Shown here: piece by piece, positions 46,645-60,524 of the stretch
Position numbering within the stretch: position 1 is the stretch's first letter
Layout: each line of letters starts with the position of its first letter
Assembly: GCF_964204645.1 (NCBI RefSeq)
Contig: NC_134029.1
Location: 15,122,950-15,186,949 of the forward strand
Length of the DNA stretch: 64,000 bases
Reading direction: 5' to 3'
Source: Tubulanus polymorphus
Taxonomy: Eukaryota > Animalia > Nemertea
Position numbers and translations under genes: made by a program
Notes under the pieces: generated by a model
The model's input: only the letters and a program-made list of their open reading frames with translations
Told to the model about the DNA's origin: nothing
Databases searched by the model: none

Positions 46645-47243
46645 ATGGGTGAATTAAAAGAATATATAATATTTGTTGATTCTAGTTGATTATAAATCAC
46701 ATAATTTACTGGTACAATTAGATCGAGAATTTAAGAATTGTGTAGATTTAAAATTAGTAAATGTAAGTTTATGTAATGTATCTAAAACCAGGGTTATGTA
46801 ATTTAGATACATTGGCACAAGAAATTGATAAAAAAAGCCTGGCACAAGGTAGGTAGTGATGCTTGATTTCATAGTGCTCATAGTGAAAAACATCAATTTT
46901 TAGTTAAAAAACCTATAGCTAAACTGTTAGGAATTACACCAGATAAACTTTATTCAAATATTAAGGCTTCGCCAAACCTTATACCTTACACTCATTTTTA
47001 TATTTATTGCAATTTAATTGATGCTACAAAAACATTTGAAGCAACTAAAGATACAATTTGTAATTCTAGTATATTAAACAATTTGGAACGCAAATAAATT
47101 ATAATTTAGCTGAATGTGATTTTAAACCTTGTATTCCACATCTCAATAATTTCAAATTAGAAATAAGAAATCATGATGGTTATTTAATTGATTTGAATAA
47201 CTTTCCTGTAATTTATGAATTAGTTATAAGATGTAAAGAGTAA
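46645..47243 (+). pseudogene. Element C penton
   Basis: Nucleotide homology to 16748-17549 with deletions. Confidence 0.75.
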
Positions 47244-47261
47244 TTTTTCCACTACATAAAT

Positions 47262-48736
47262 ATGAATATTACAGTAGGACCAAGTATATGTTTTGGATTT
47301 GATTTTGAACGTGAGAAAGAAATGATATTTGATATTAATGATATAATTACACATATTAAAAATATTGCATTTTCTAATGAAACAACATTTCAATTTTAAA
47401 AAACAATAGATAAAGAATCTTTTAATGTATAAAAGATTACCGATTTAATTGGAGAGTCATTAAGATTTTATGAATTATATGAAGATTTTATCATCGATGA
47501 TATTAAAGAAATAATAATTGAAATATAAACAAATGAAACTAGTAATGAAATAAATGTTAAAATAGTCATAAATAGGATAACTAAATATTTGAAGGTGGTA
47601 ATTTTTTTGATTAATAAATGAGTGATAATAAGTGGATAATAACTGGATTATATAATGGTGCCTTACTATCACTTGGAACTGTTGGTTATTCAATGGTATT
47701 AAAAAAGTATTTAAAATGGGAAGTGTTAATGTTGAAAGATTTGATATCAATGATATTTTAAAATTAACATTCGCAGTTACTTTATCTAATTTAACAATTG
47801 ATTATTTAGAAAAACAAAAATATATTCCTCCTATATAAATGCATAATTTTTTATTTTTTGTCAGATAAATGGCATCTGTAATTATAACTATTATAGGATC
47901 GGCAATAGATAAAATTTTTAATTGGTGGTTATTCATTTAAACATATTGATAAATATGGTTCAGTACCTGAACAAAAAAGACATAATCTAGCATTAGAAAA
48001 ATTTAATAAAGCAGCAGAAAAATGTAGAGAAAAAAAAGACAAAATTATATGGATTATATTAATAAAGAATTATATAATCAGAAAATAACACATAGAGATT
48101 TTCAATCAGTCGATGAAGCTATGAGTTTATATAACGTAGTAACAAATCGTGAAAAATTACATCTATATAAACCTAAATATTCAGATTATTATACACCAAG
48201 TAGTGAACAGAAGAAATATGAAATAATTTGGATTTTAGGTGGAACAGTTATTGTATTATTTGTTGCTTATAAATTTACTAATAAGTAATTTCTTTTCTAA
48301 ATAAATGGTTGATAAAGTTGATAATATTGATATAAATAAAATTAAATTAAAATAATATTTGGAAAAACAAATATTAGAATTTGAAAATGATTTAAAAGTT
48401 CAAAAGAAAAAATATTTAAAAAGTAAAATTATATATTATTTTATTATTAGAAGTTCAGTTACAATTAGTTCTGTAATGACATTTCTAGCATTTTTCTCAC
48501 CATTAACACCTTTAGCTATCTCAATTGGAGCTTTAGGTTTAAGTTCAAGTGTATTAACCGGCATAAGTTCAAAATCAAATATAAAAAGTTATAAAGAAGA
48601 AATAAAATCTAATATAAAAGAAATTAATAAATTAAAAAATTTTATTTCTTCTTTTGCAGATTATATAATAAGTTTAAATGGTAATATAACAGTTGAAGAA
48701 CAAGATAAATTATTAAAAGAATTAATAAATTATTAA
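47262..48736 (+). pseudogene. Element C block of four small genes (117-, 73-, 140- and 144-aa homologues)
   Basis: Starts at 47262, 47618, 47869, 48305; collinear with A 15251-16731; stops and frameshifts. Confidence 0.8.
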
Positions 48737-48752
48737 TTTTTTTATTATATAA

Positions 48753-50357
48753 ATGGTAGATAGTTTTCCAAAAGCTTTCCAATATAATAAATCAATTAAA
48801 TATAATATTCCTGCAATAGATTTTAATAAAGATATTTCATATAGAAATGAAGTTTTAAATTCATTAATTAATTTAGATATTTATGTTACGATGTTATATG
48901 ATGGAAAATATATTTCATGTATATTTAATTAATTTTAAAAAATTGAAAAATGAAAAACAATGGTTATTAAAATCTAATATGAAATATTGGTAGAACCAAT
49001 TAAATTTTGCAGTTTATTGTGCAACAACAGGATGTGGAATTAGTTGGAATGATCATATGAATAATTCTAAATATAAATTAATTCAAAGTTTATTTAGATT
49101 TCATACATACTTTCAAATAAGATTAATACTAAATGAATAAGAGTGTCTTCCAATGTACATTTGATTAATTTAAAAAAATTGAAAGATGAAAACAATGGTT
49201 ATTAAAATCTAATATGAAATATTGGCAGAACCAATTAAATTTTGCAGTTTATTGTGCAACAACAGGATGTGGAATTAGTTGGAATGATCATTTGAATAAT
49301 TCTAAATATAAATTAATTCAAAGTTTATTTAGATTTCATACATACTTTCAAATAAGATTAATATTAAATGAATTAGAGTGTCCTTTACCAGGATCTAGGT
49401 ATTTTAAAGAATTAGATAATAATATTAATTTGTCAAAGTTTTATAAAATTTGTAATGAATTTAATATAGATATAAATAATTCTGATTTTAGAACAAAACT
49501 TGGAACAATGAGATCACTTCCTTGCCCTAAAAAGATTGTAGAATATTGTGCACTTCCCATACCATCTAATAGTTTTTATAATATCTATAATAATAAATTA
49601 GGTTATGGTAAAATAGAAATTAAGGATTTAGAAACATTAAATTTCGATCAATTACCGAAATTCTATGATAATTTAAAACAAGAAAACAATAATGATTGGG
49701 TTTTAGTTTATTTTAGAAAATAGTGAAGGATTTACTAAAGCTGGTATACAACGAATAAATCAATCAATTAGAACTTATGTACTCTAGGTGCGCAAGTCGA
49801 AACAAGATCCCCGATAATTGGAAATTGAAATACATCATTTGATACACAAAAACAATTTAAAGTTTTATTTAAAGATTCCATTCATAATGATAGAAATATA
49901 TCGATTCCAGAAAACATAGTTAGGTACCAAAATTATTCAGATAAATCTCATGTAAGACTAAATTATTGTATAGGTCCTAATTTATTAATTATTACTGATG
50001 ATTAAATATTAAAAATGGGAAATATAATTGGTTATAATAATTTGATTAAAACTGCAACAATAAATAATTCATTTGGATTAAATGACATAATTAAAAAGAT
50101 TATTACTGCTCCGAAATTAATGGAAGGTGAAAAAAATTAAAAAACATATTCAATCAACAGAAACTAAAACTAAGAATATTAAATTAAATAATGATTCTAA
50201 AATAAAAGATTACAATACATCGGAAAATATAAAAACTGATAATGTTCAACATGAAATAATTAAAACTAATAATGATAATAAATCCCATGAAAGTACTAAA
50301 TTAGCTATTACTTGTATAGGAATTGTAATAGGAGGAATATTTTATTTTTAATTTTAA
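48753..50357 (+). pseudogene. Element C YWQNQ..CATTGCG protein with ~236-bp internal tandem duplication
   Basis: Motif present twice (copies start 48917 and 49153); C-terminal TM. Confidence 0.8.
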
Positions 50358-50374
50358 TTTTTTTTATTATATAA

Positions 50375-51749
50375 ATGGATGTAGAAGGTAGAGAAGATAT
50401 GGGAATGGAGACTTTTGACGAACCCGGCAAAACTGAAGAACAACAGCCTGAGTTTGATGAAACAAGTTTTAATGACGATAATGAAACAGCATATAATTCT
50501 AATTTAGCAAGACCTGATACTAATGAATATGTTAATAAAGCACGTTCAAGATTGGACATTGAAAATGAAAATCCAGATTTAATAAAAAAAGAATTAGAAT
50601 ATGAAGAATTAACTGATAAATTTAAACCAATATTTAAATAATCTGGATTCAATATAACTAACAAAGGTGTGAATTATTTAGTGAAAGATTTGAAATATCT
50701 AAATGGTGATTATTGGCATTTGAAAGATGACTATTATCTTAAGATATCTTCTAATAAAAGTCTCGATAAAATAATAACAAAACCAACTTTAATTAGATTA
50801 GAACAATCTAGAATTAAGAAGATCAATAATGATGTTATAACTGATGTTACAGAACAAGAGATAAATCAAAATAGAACAGAATTTAATCGAAGAAATGATG
50901 ATTTTTTGAAGAAAATTAATGAAAATTTAAAACGAGAAACAATTCCTAAAGAAGTTATCAATTCCAAAACTAGTAAACTTAAATCAACCGAAGTTCAAAC
51001 TGAAAAACCTTTACCGAATGGATTAATAGATGCAACAGATCAACAACTAGAAGATTTAAATATATTTTCTGATAAAGCAATTAGAGAAATTATTAGTATA
51101 AGAAATGAAGCTGATAAATTTGCGCACAAAGGGAAGTAAAAGAGATTTTGAAATTAGAACTTAAGAAAAAGATAGAACTGATGAAATTAAAGAAATAGAA
51201 CAATTAAAATTAGATAGAGTAAAGTTATTGAAGGAATTGAATTTAAAAAAAGAAATGCATATTTAGAAAAAGAAAAAGATGATTTAGAATATAACATAGA
51301 ATTTCAGAAAGAAGAAATTAAATTATTAAAAAAATCAAATGATTATAATATTAATAGATTAAAAGTTATTTTAAATCACTAAAAGAAAGAATAAAATTAT
51401 TATTTAAGTTAGAAAGTATAACAATTCTTTCAATTCTAACAGCTGTAACTATGTTATTTACAACAATTGGTTTAGCTATTTCAAATTCATTAAAATCTAC
51501 GCCTAAACCCAATAAACCGGATAAACCACCAAATAATAATTCTATACAAGATTAAGTTAAAGATGGTTTAAGAGAATTAGCAAAATCTGCTGCAGCTTTA
51601 CCCGCAATTATTGCATCAATTGTTGGTTTTGTTTTAAAATCTGCTGGGAATATTCTTAACTTTGTTGCTGAACATATTATTCTATTTTTAATTACAGTTG
51701 TAAGTGCTATTAATTTTTGGTTAGTGAATATGATAAAAAATAAATAATT
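50375..51749 (+). pseudogene. Element C coiled-coil/TM protein
   Basis: MDVEG.ED.GM..FDEPG, LPNGL.DATDQ.LEDLNIFSDKAIREIISIR. Confidence 0.8.
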
Positions 51750-51767
51750 AATTTTTTTGTTGAATAA

Positions 51768-52820
51768 ATGAGTGGGAGTTATATAAATCCTTCTAAGAAT
51801 TCTAGAATATCTAATGCTATTAAAGCAGAGAGATCTCATCATATAATCACTCATAATCCTTCTAATATTAATCCCGATGAAACTTTATATGTTAGAATCC
51901 CGAGATTAAATCAAAATACTTTTTATATGTTTAAATAGTATTTATTTATCAGCCGATATAAAAGTAACTGGTCATGATAACAATTATGTTGTTGATAATG
52001 TTGGAAGATATTTGATTAACAAATTAACTATAAAGATTGGACCAGAAACAGTTTTTTCATTAGATGATTATAATTTACTTATGCATTATAAAGATTTATG
52101 GTTAACAAAAGAAAATGGAAATAATATGATATTTCAAGGCATCCAATCAGAAAACCATAATAAATTAAGATCAGAAGCTAATAATGCAATGATAACTAAT
52201 GCTACAGATAATTTGATTAAAAAGATTTATGGAAGCAAATATAAAATTCCATCACTCAATACAATCAAGGATTTTCATTATCATATGACTATATTGATAA
52301 ATTTAAAACTGTAACTATTAATGCAAATGGTGAAATAATTATTGAGAATAATAACTTCCCAAGAAGATCTATTAAAGGTATATTAATATTTTTTACCATT
52401 GCAACATATTCTAATGGTGCAATAAATGTTGATAATTATTATAATCCTGAAATATCAAAGGTAGACATTACTATTGAAGGTATAGCAAATAAAATATTTT
52501 GTCAAGGAATGAGAATGATAGATCAGTGGCCAGAAATTAGAAAACATTTTATGAATGAAAAAGTAAAATCATCTGAAAATTGTAATATTTATCAAATTGG
52601 TTATTATACCGGCAATAAATATGCACTATGGTTAGATTTCAGAATAACAGAGGATAATTCATTACATGGTTCTGGGAAAAAATTACAAAATACAAAAGAT
52701 GGAATATAATTATTCATGACAAAGAAAAAAGGAATCAAAAATTTCAAAATGCATTTTTATATTATATCTGACGCGCAATTAAATATTGTAAATTCTCAAT
52801 TAGATAGTATTCAATATTAG
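51768..52820 (+). pseudogene. Element C major capsid protein (internal deletion)
   Basis: Collinear with 11213-12460; deletion at ~52251. Confidence 0.88.
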
Positions 52821-52850
52821 AAATATAAAGTTAAAATTAACGATATATAA

Positions 52851-53978
52851 ATGGGGGTAAAAAAACTCGAAATACTAAAGAACAATATCTAAGAAATTTA
52901 TATTATAATCCTGAGAGTTCGGTTGCTTATTCTTCTGTAAAAAACATAAGGCGTCAAGTAAAACAAGATAAATTAGATGAGATAATCCCACAAAATTCAG
53001 TTAAATATGACGATATAAATGAATTTATGTTAGAACAACCAACGTATACAACGCATAAAAAAAAATTGTTAGAAAATATAAAACTCGTAAAACTATGGTA
53101 AGTAATGTAGATCAACAGTGGCAAGGAGATTTATTTGATATGAAAAATGTTAAGAAAGATAATGATGATTATTGGTGGATATAAAATATTATTGATATTT
53201 TCAGTCGTTATGTATGGTGCTTCCCACTTTACAGAGAAGATGCTGTACAAACATCAAATGTTTTAAGAAAATTTCTTTCGGATGATAAACTAAGACCAGA
53301 AAAAATACAATTCGATGATGGAAAAGAATTTGAAAATTCACTTGTTCATGAACTCTTAGATAATCATAATGTTAAATATTTTTCAACAAAATCGGATAAA
53401 AAAGCAGCAGTTGTTGAACGATTTAATAGAACATTAGGAACAAGAATGTGGAAATATTTTACAGTAAATAATAGTTTTAAATGGATTGATGCTTTACCAA
53501 AATTGATAGATGGTTATAATAATTCTTATCATTCTTCTATTGGAATGAAACCTATCGACGCTAGAAAACCTGAAAATGCTGAAATTGTTTGGAATAATTA
53601 ATATGGAGCATTTCTTGTAGATGATTTTGGTGAACCTAAATTTAAAGTTGGTCAAAATGTTAGAATTTCTAAGTATAAAAAGATATTTGACAAAGGATAC
53701 GATCGTAATTTTACTAGAGAAATATATAAAATAAAAAAGGTAATAACAACAAAACCATGTGTCTATAAATTAGAAAATTTAGATGGTGAAGAAGTTGATG
53801 TTACTTTTATGAAGAAGAATTAAGTTTAACTACTGAAAATCTAGAACAAGAATATAAAATTGAAAAAGTATTAAAAACAAAAACTGTTAATAGAAAAAAA
53901 TATTCTTTAGTAAAATGGGTTGGATGGCCAGATAAATTCAATGAATGGATATTGTCGAGTAAAATTAAAAATATATAA
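52851..53978 (+). pseudogene. Element C RVE integrase-chromodomain
   Basis: WQGD, DDGKEF, VERFNRT, VKWVGWPDKFNEW; frameshifts and stop. Confidence 0.9.
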
Positions 53979-54587
53979 ATGAGTAAGGAATTATTTATAT
54001 TTGAGCCTCATAATATATTAATTTCTGGTGTAACAAATTGTGGAAAAACTTATTTTATATTAAATTTATTAGAAACTATTTATAAAAACTATTTTGATAA
54101 TATAGTATTATTTTGTCCAACGCATGAATTTAATCAAACTTATGACAGAAATATTACTAGAAATAATAAATTTATTGTATTAGATCCTAAAACAGTTAAA
54201 GAAAGTTTAGATAATTGTACAAAAATAGCTATTGATATTTATAAAGGATCAAATACATTATTTATCATTGATGATTGTGCAGATTTACATGATTCAAAAA
54301 TTAAAGAGAGTGAGTTATGCTATTCAGCTTTCTCTGGGAGACATTTTGGGATAACAACGTGGGTTTTAAATCAAAAATATAATTCAATTGTTAAAGATTT
54401 TAGAGAAAACATTAGATTTTTAGTTTTATTCTACAATAAAGATAGAAAATCAATGAAAAATGCGCTTGAGGAAAATGATATTATTCCACATGATTTACAT
54501 AATGAATATATGGATAAATTGAAAATTAATAAAAGATCAAAATTACTATTTCGATTACAACACGCATTTAAATATGAATTCATTTAA
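53979..54587 (+). CDS. Packaging ATPase (A32/FtsK-like), intact ORF
   Basis: GVTNCGKT, LFIIDD, GRHFG, Q...R motifs. Confidence 0.92.
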   Translation: MSKELFIFEPHNILISGVTNCGKTYFILNLLETIYKNYFDNIVLFCPTHEFNQTYDRNITRNNKFIVLDPKTVKESLDNCTKIAIDIYKGSNTLFIIDDCADLHDSKIKESELCYSAFSGRHFGITTWVLNQKYNSIVKDFRENIRFLVLFYNKDRKSMKNALEENDIIPHDLHNEYMDKLKINKRSKLLFRLQHAFKYEFI

Positions 54588-54589
54588 AT

Positions 54590-54880
54590 TCAACTAGCTT
54601 GTTAATCTATTATATTTTCAGTTACATTTTAGTCAAATTTTAGTTATTGGCAGTTGAAACAAAAAATTAAGTAAAAACAACAATATTTCAACAAGCTTGT
54701 TAATCTAGTATAATTTTAGTTACATTCTAGTTGAATTCTAGTTATTGGTAGTTGAAACAAAAATCAAATAAAATTCAACACAAAATAAATAAAAACAACA
54801 ATATTTCAACTAGCTTGTTAATCTAGTATATTTTTAGTTGCATTCTAGTTAAATTCTAGTTGAATTCTAGTTGCAACTAC
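54590..54880. repeat. Intergenic CTAGTT/ATTCTAG repeat array of element C
   Basis: Reverse-complement counterpart of 9180-9445. Confidence 0.75.
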
Positions 54881-54904
54881 AGAACTAATTTGTTTCTTAT
54901 ATAA

Positions 54905-55513
54905 ATGGGAGGTGAAAAGAAAATAAAATCTAAAAAAGGTGATGTTCCAATTGAAAAAACTTTGGATGATTTAGGTATAACAGAAACAAAATTAGCGTCA
55001 GATAATAATGGTGCTTTAAATGATATTACTACATACAATAATTATGAATATTATCTTTATTGCAAACAACAATTAGAAATATTAATAGCATCTGGGAAAT
55101 GTAAAAGTTTTATTAGTAAAAATTTAACTTATAATGAATTAGATACAATGAAATCAGATGAAATTATTAAATTATTTAAGATTTATGAAACTGCGAGAAT
55201 AGCTAGAATTAATGATGCGATATCAGAAAATGTAGTAAAAGGTTATAGTAAATTATTTGATTATATGCTGCCAATTCAAGATGAAAATAGATTATATTCC
55301 GATTTAAAAAATGATTATTTAGTTATGACTGAATTAAATAAATGGATTGGATATTTATCATTTCAATTAGGTGGATTTATGACGCTATTATCAACTGGAG
55401 TTATAACATTTTCAAATATTGAAAGTAAAAATTTTTCTACAATAAATGAGCGAAGTGGAAGAGGTGAAAGGATTAACTGTGAAGAAAAAACCGAGAACTC
55501 AGAAACAAATTGA
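54905..55513 (+). CDS. 202-aa conserved Polinton protein, intact
   Basis: TAAATG start; homologues in A and B; hydrophobic C-terminal segment. Confidence 0.8.
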   Translation: MGGEKKIKSKKGDVPIEKTLDDLGITETKLASDNNGALNDITTYNNYEYYLYCKQQLEILIASGKCKSFISKNLTYNELDTMKSDEIIKLFKIYETARIARINDAISENVVKGYSKLFDYMLPIQDENRLYSDLKNDYLVMTELNKWIGYLSFQLGGFMTLLSTGVITFSNIESKNFSTINERSGRGERINCEEKTENSETN

Positions 55514-55820
55514 ATGATCTCGGCAATTAGGAATTAGATCAAGAGAATTTAAAAAAGCTATAAAAGAAAAAATAAATAATAAAGATGTTAATAAAAATGG
55601 TGAAAATATTGTTATTTCTACTCCTTCTGGTAATAGAATATTTGATAGATATTTATATTTTACAACTGGATTTGTAATTGTATTCATTTTGATTGGATGT
55701 AGTTGGTATAAGAAATCAAATAAAATCTATGATATTAATAATTCTGAAACAACTGCTATTACAAATGAAAATACTTCTGAAATTCCAAAATTCACAATGA
55801 AAAAAATGGATCAATATTTT
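55446..55820 (+). pseudogene. Element C TM122 homologue
   Basis: Overlaps the 202-aa gene as in A; TGA replaces Trp. Confidence 0.7.
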
Positions 55821-55896
55821 AGAAAAAAGCAAAAAAATACTTTCATTTCAATGAATTGAATATCTCACTACTTTTGTCAATCAACGCGGAGCAATA

Positions 55897-56372
55897 AAAA
55901 ATTGTCCAGATTAGTCATTTCGGATTCTTAATATTTAATTAATTTTATTTTCAATTTATTTTTTTAATCAACAATTTCTAAATCATGATGCCCGTCTTCT
56001 TTTTTTCCATGATAGATTATTTTAAATCCCTCTAAATCTTTTAATTCCTCTGTACTCAACGCGACCCAGTTATCAGGTAAAAATACTAAATTCTCGCGTT
56101 GTACTAACATTACAGTAGCTTAAATTTGCTGAAATTTTATCTCCATATTTAGTTTTTACCTTTTCTAATTTCAATATTTTGAGTTCAATTCCTTTTGTAA
56201 CATCGACTACCTTTTTTATTTCAAATAGTTTTTTGCTGGTTTTATTCTGTTATTTATTGTTGCTAAGAATACCTTTCTATCTTCTATTTATTAGAAAAAA
56301 AAATTACTTGTGGTGATGAGTGGTGTGTCGTCCTCTCGTCGTCTGGCCTGAAACCCTGATATTCCAATTAGT
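55897..56372 (-). repeat. Right long TIR of element C including the 108-aa gene copy (55964-56287)
   Basis: Inverted match to 35625-36100. Confidence 0.9.
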
Positions 56373-56760
56373 CACTTGTACCCCCATTATTCTAATCTCG
56401 TTAGCTTGTTTTTCTCCGTTTGACACTTCCACTCACTAACTCACTCACTCACTCCCTCACTCATTCCTTGATTATCCCTTTGATGTTCTAGCCTTTTGTT
56501 TTGGTCCGATTACCCCTTAGTTTGTCTGCCTTTGAACCCTCTGGGCTTTGTTTTTAGATTACTTTAATCTCGCACTACTTCCCCTTAGTTTGTCGTTTGC
56601 CTTCTTTGTTTTCTTCCTTAGTGTTCCGGTTTTTGTTATCTAATTACTTTAATTTTAATCCTTTAATCTTTTTCATTTGTCATATTTTTGTATAAATATC
56701 CTGTTATTTGATTTTGTTCTCAGTACGCCTGATGATGGCTAACAGTCGCTCCTCAAATAC
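56373..56760 (+). mobile_element. 3' remainder (pyrimidine-rich UTR/pLTR) of the Penelope split by element C
   Basis: Follows the TSD; T/C-rich; partial hammerhead CCTGATGATGGC at ~56728. Confidence 0.55.
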
Positions 56761-57109
56761 AATCATTCTGATATAAACGCAGTCTCAACTGTTTTGTGAC
56801 TTTCTCAAAATGTATCAAAAATTTGACTAATTTTTAGTTCATAAGTCCTCAAATATTCATAAATGAACAGTTAAAAATTGTTGTAACATGTCGACTCTGC
56901 CGTAAAATCAACCTATTAACAGTCCGGAATTTGGGATAATATTGGGCTTTAGAGAACATAATGCCCCCGAGGTCTTCACATTTACAGAAAAGATTACGTA
57001 AGTGATTCACGCGCAGCGCGCGATAGGCGCACAATAGAAATCTGAGCCGCGCGTTCTTTGAGTGTCACACTTCCCTGGTGTCACCAATTAAGAGGACCGC
57101 TATTGTGAA

Positions 57110-57451
57110 AATTGACCTTGGGAGGAATATTCCTCCCAAAGTCAATCGATGGAAACTTGACCAAAGGGTTCGATATTCAAAGAATTGACTTTGGGAGGAA
57201 TATTCCTCCCAAGGTCAAACGAAGAGAATTTGACCTTCAGGTCTGATATTCAAAGTGGATCATTCAAAGTATCGACTTCGAGAGGAATGTTCCTCCCTAT
57301 GACAAACGAAGGAAAATGGACCTGGTCCGATATTCGAAATATTGTCATATGTCAACTGAAGGAAAATGAACCCGAGTCTTAGATTCAAAGTATATTGATT
57401 TAGCGAGGAATTTTTCCTCCCACCACTAAACGCTATAACCTGGATTTTTAG
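57110..57451 (+). repeat. Repeat built from GGAGGAATATTCCTCC palindromes, with an inverted partner at 63424-63610
   Basis: CCTCCCAAGGTCAAACGAAGAGAATTTGACCTTCAGGTCTGATATTCAAAG found in reverse complement at ~63555-63605. Confidence 0.75.
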
Positions 57452-59847
57452 AAAGATATGTATTGGTGTTTTGGGTGTAATTAGTTTTTTTAAGCAATAA
57501 AGTCAGGTAGATTTATGAATTTCGTGTGATACGATACACAGTGTTCGAGCTAATGAGACGGTATGAGACATACATACAATTTTAGAAAACTAAATAGGTT
57601 TTGTATTTTCTTTGTCTAACAGTAAATTGCTATAACTTTGTTGACAATCAATTGTAATCGGATTGTAATCAGGCCCTTCTCGATAAACATGTAGAGGGGA
57701 AATCGTAATTAAAACACTATATTAGGACTGCTTACAAATTTTCACAAGACTGCGATAAATCTGAATAGCTTAATACGGCACGAGTTTAGCTAATTTACGG
57801 GTTTAAAGGTTCACTTTCAAAGTCAATGGACGTAATTTGATAAATGCATTCTTTAAATGGAAATTCTATAGTAATCGATACAAATAATTTATATTAAGTG
57901 TTTTGTGTTGATTAAGAATGGTCATTCAAGGATTATAGGTCATTATGAAGCTGATACATTTCATTCGTGTGGATTCTTCTCTCATTACTAGTGTTAATAG
58001 GAGATTCGCGTGTGACGCATGATAAATATAAAAATATTCGAGTCGTATTTCTTTCATTTACGGTCGCAAATTAGCCATTGTCCTAGTGAGCATTATTCTC
58101 ATTTATACGTAAAAGTGTATTCGGTATGAGGGTTTGTTTCTTTCTTCACTCCTTTATATAAAATTCAGAAATAGGAGTTGATAAGGAGGTTTTTACTCCT
58201 AACCGAACTCAGTTCCCATTCAGTTCAGTTCAAGTTTATATGCATGGAGATCTATGAAATAAGGGAAATACAATCCCGCCTACTAGCCACTGAACGTTAG
58301 CACCCACAAAACGTCAGGAATTTGCAGAGAGAAACATTATGTTACAAAAATATCGGATAAAATTCATTCTAAACATGCGTTACTAAGCCCAGAACTCCAG
58401 ATATCGGGATGATATGTTTAAGGCAGATTTCTCCCTTTGTGACACAACCATTTAATTACTCATGTGACCATTATGATTAAACACCTCTCACAATCAAGCT
58501 TAAGATTAAGTGGCCTGCGGTGTGAATGCGGTATGAATGCTTTAGTATTGATTCATATACGAAGCATTATAGTCTTTACATTGAAATTAGTTGATAGAAT
58601 GCATCTTACTTTTTCTCTACTTAAAAATTATTATTTGATTGACATACCACGGATTCGGAAATTAGTTGATTAAAAGCACAAACGCATATAGTCGCTATCC
58701 TGGTAATTAAATCGACTTAAAAATCGATTGATTGTTATTGAAATGAAGAAAGTTGAAAAAGACAATCAACGTTTGTATGAGATATATGTTTCGTTGTTCG
58801 TGATACTCAGCATACACCAATGTCCAGTAAAATTTAACAATTCAAAGTTATTACAAAACCTGCAAATTCTAATGTTTATTAAGCGGCAATTTTCCCCTTG
58901 CCATTTTTCCAACGTTTATCCAAAGATTGAAATACTTCATTAATACTAAACTAATACTAAAAGTTATCGCACTGGTAAAATAATATTTCAAATTTCAAAT
59001 AGTATTTCAAAGATATTTCAAATAAAACGTTTCAATAATTTATCGCATCGCACAGCAAAATTCGTGAAATACATTTTTGATTTACGGGTGCCTCATAGGC
59101 CTGTCATCGCTTGTACATTGTCACAATGAATTCTCTTTAATTGAGCAATATTTACTTAGGACTTAATCACTGACTTTCTATAGATAATGAGCTATACAAA
59201 GCCTAACCAGATAAAATCCAGTGGCTTGTTATTGTCAGCTTGCTTGTATACCAAGCTTCGCTAACTTAAACGATGATGTTGCCCTTTTTACTGAAATCTT
59301 GACGTATCAAACCATAGATAAATAAAACGGCAAAAATTGCTTCAATCGTTTTTACGCATGAGGAATCGATCTTGATTTGAAAGGCACTTGTTGACGTGTG
59401 GGGGAAAATTGAAAATTTTTCACAGAAATCCTTTAAAACGATTCCAGTTATTTTGGACTTAATTTTGCAATACAAACGAAAACATACCGGCGGCAGCAAA
59501 TCATAAGCTCTTTAATGGGTATTCTTATGGGATTTTTACCGGGGAATTTCGACCATTACCGTGAAGACGAGCCGGTAACAAAAACCTTTGTGGAAACATC
59601 AAATTATTCGCTTGTATGAATTAACGCCACTTTTGATAGGACTGCCTAATCAAATATTTCAATCATGAAGATGGCGAGTTGACTGAGCCCGAGGCGCACA
59701 GTCAATAGTAGATATAAAGGAACTACGGACATAATGCGTTTTCCTTAAAAGTGTTTCATCTATAGAGATTTAATACTACTTGTCAACAGTCCAATTTCTA
59801 TAATGCGATGACCTATGTATGAAAATATGTTTTCTGTTTGTTTTACG

Positions 59848-60467
59848 CGTGATACCGGGGGATAATACCTTCGCCCAAACGTTCTACACACACATGATAC
59901 CGTTTAATGAATCCGAAATATATCCAGGCCTAGAGTTCATGCTGAAGGATGAAGACTAGGAATATCTTAGCAATATAATTTTTAGAAAGAGATTTTTGTC
60001 CACTGAAGTTTAGAAAAGCACGCCGGACTCTTTGTTAGGATCGACCACAGTTCTATAGTGAATTGATTACAAGTAGTTAATTTAGCAAAACAAAGTAAAT
60101 TGTTCATTACAGTGCATTGCTTAGGGTTAGCGGTAAAAAAACCCAGAATGTTGGAAACGTGATACCGGGGGATAATACCTTCGCCCAAACGTTCTACACA
60201 CACATGATACCGTTTAATGAATCCGAAATATATCCAGGCCTCGAGTTCATGCTGAAGGATGAAGACTAGGAATATCTTAGCAATATAATTTTTAGAAAGA
60301 GATTTTTGTCCACTGAAGTTTAGAATAGCACGCCGGACTCTTTGTTAGGATCGACCACAGTTCTATAGTGAATTGATTGCAAGTAGTTAATTTAGCAAAA
60401 CAAAGTAAATTGTTCATTACAGTGCATTGCTAAGGGTTAGCGGTAAAAAAACCCAGAATGTTGGAAA
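59848..60467 (+). repeat. 310-bp tandem duplication
   Basis: CGTGATACCGGGGGATAATACC at 59848 and 60158, near-identical units. Confidence 0.92.
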
Positions 60468-60524
60468 AATGGCCAAGGAAAAAATGGCCAGGAAAGAATG
60501 GCCAAGGAAAAAATGGCCAAGGTA
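60463..60524 (+). repeat. ~15-bp minisatellite GGAAAAAATGGCCAA x4
   Basis: Direct reading; probably a MITE subterminal repeat. Confidence 0.75.

Larger units (their letters stand above)
35625..56372 (+). mobile_element. Polinton element C (20.7 kb including insertion and duplications), decayed, opposite orientation to A
   Basis: TSD CACTTG at 35619-35624 and 56373-56378; ~475-bp TIRs; same gene order as A. Confidence 0.96.

Noticed and set aside
56724-56752. Functional hammerhead ribozyme
   Set aside because: CUGAUGA is present but the GAAA half of the core is missing
60121-60131. Telomeric TTAGGG repeat
   Set aside because: Fewer than two units, inside a 310-bp duplication
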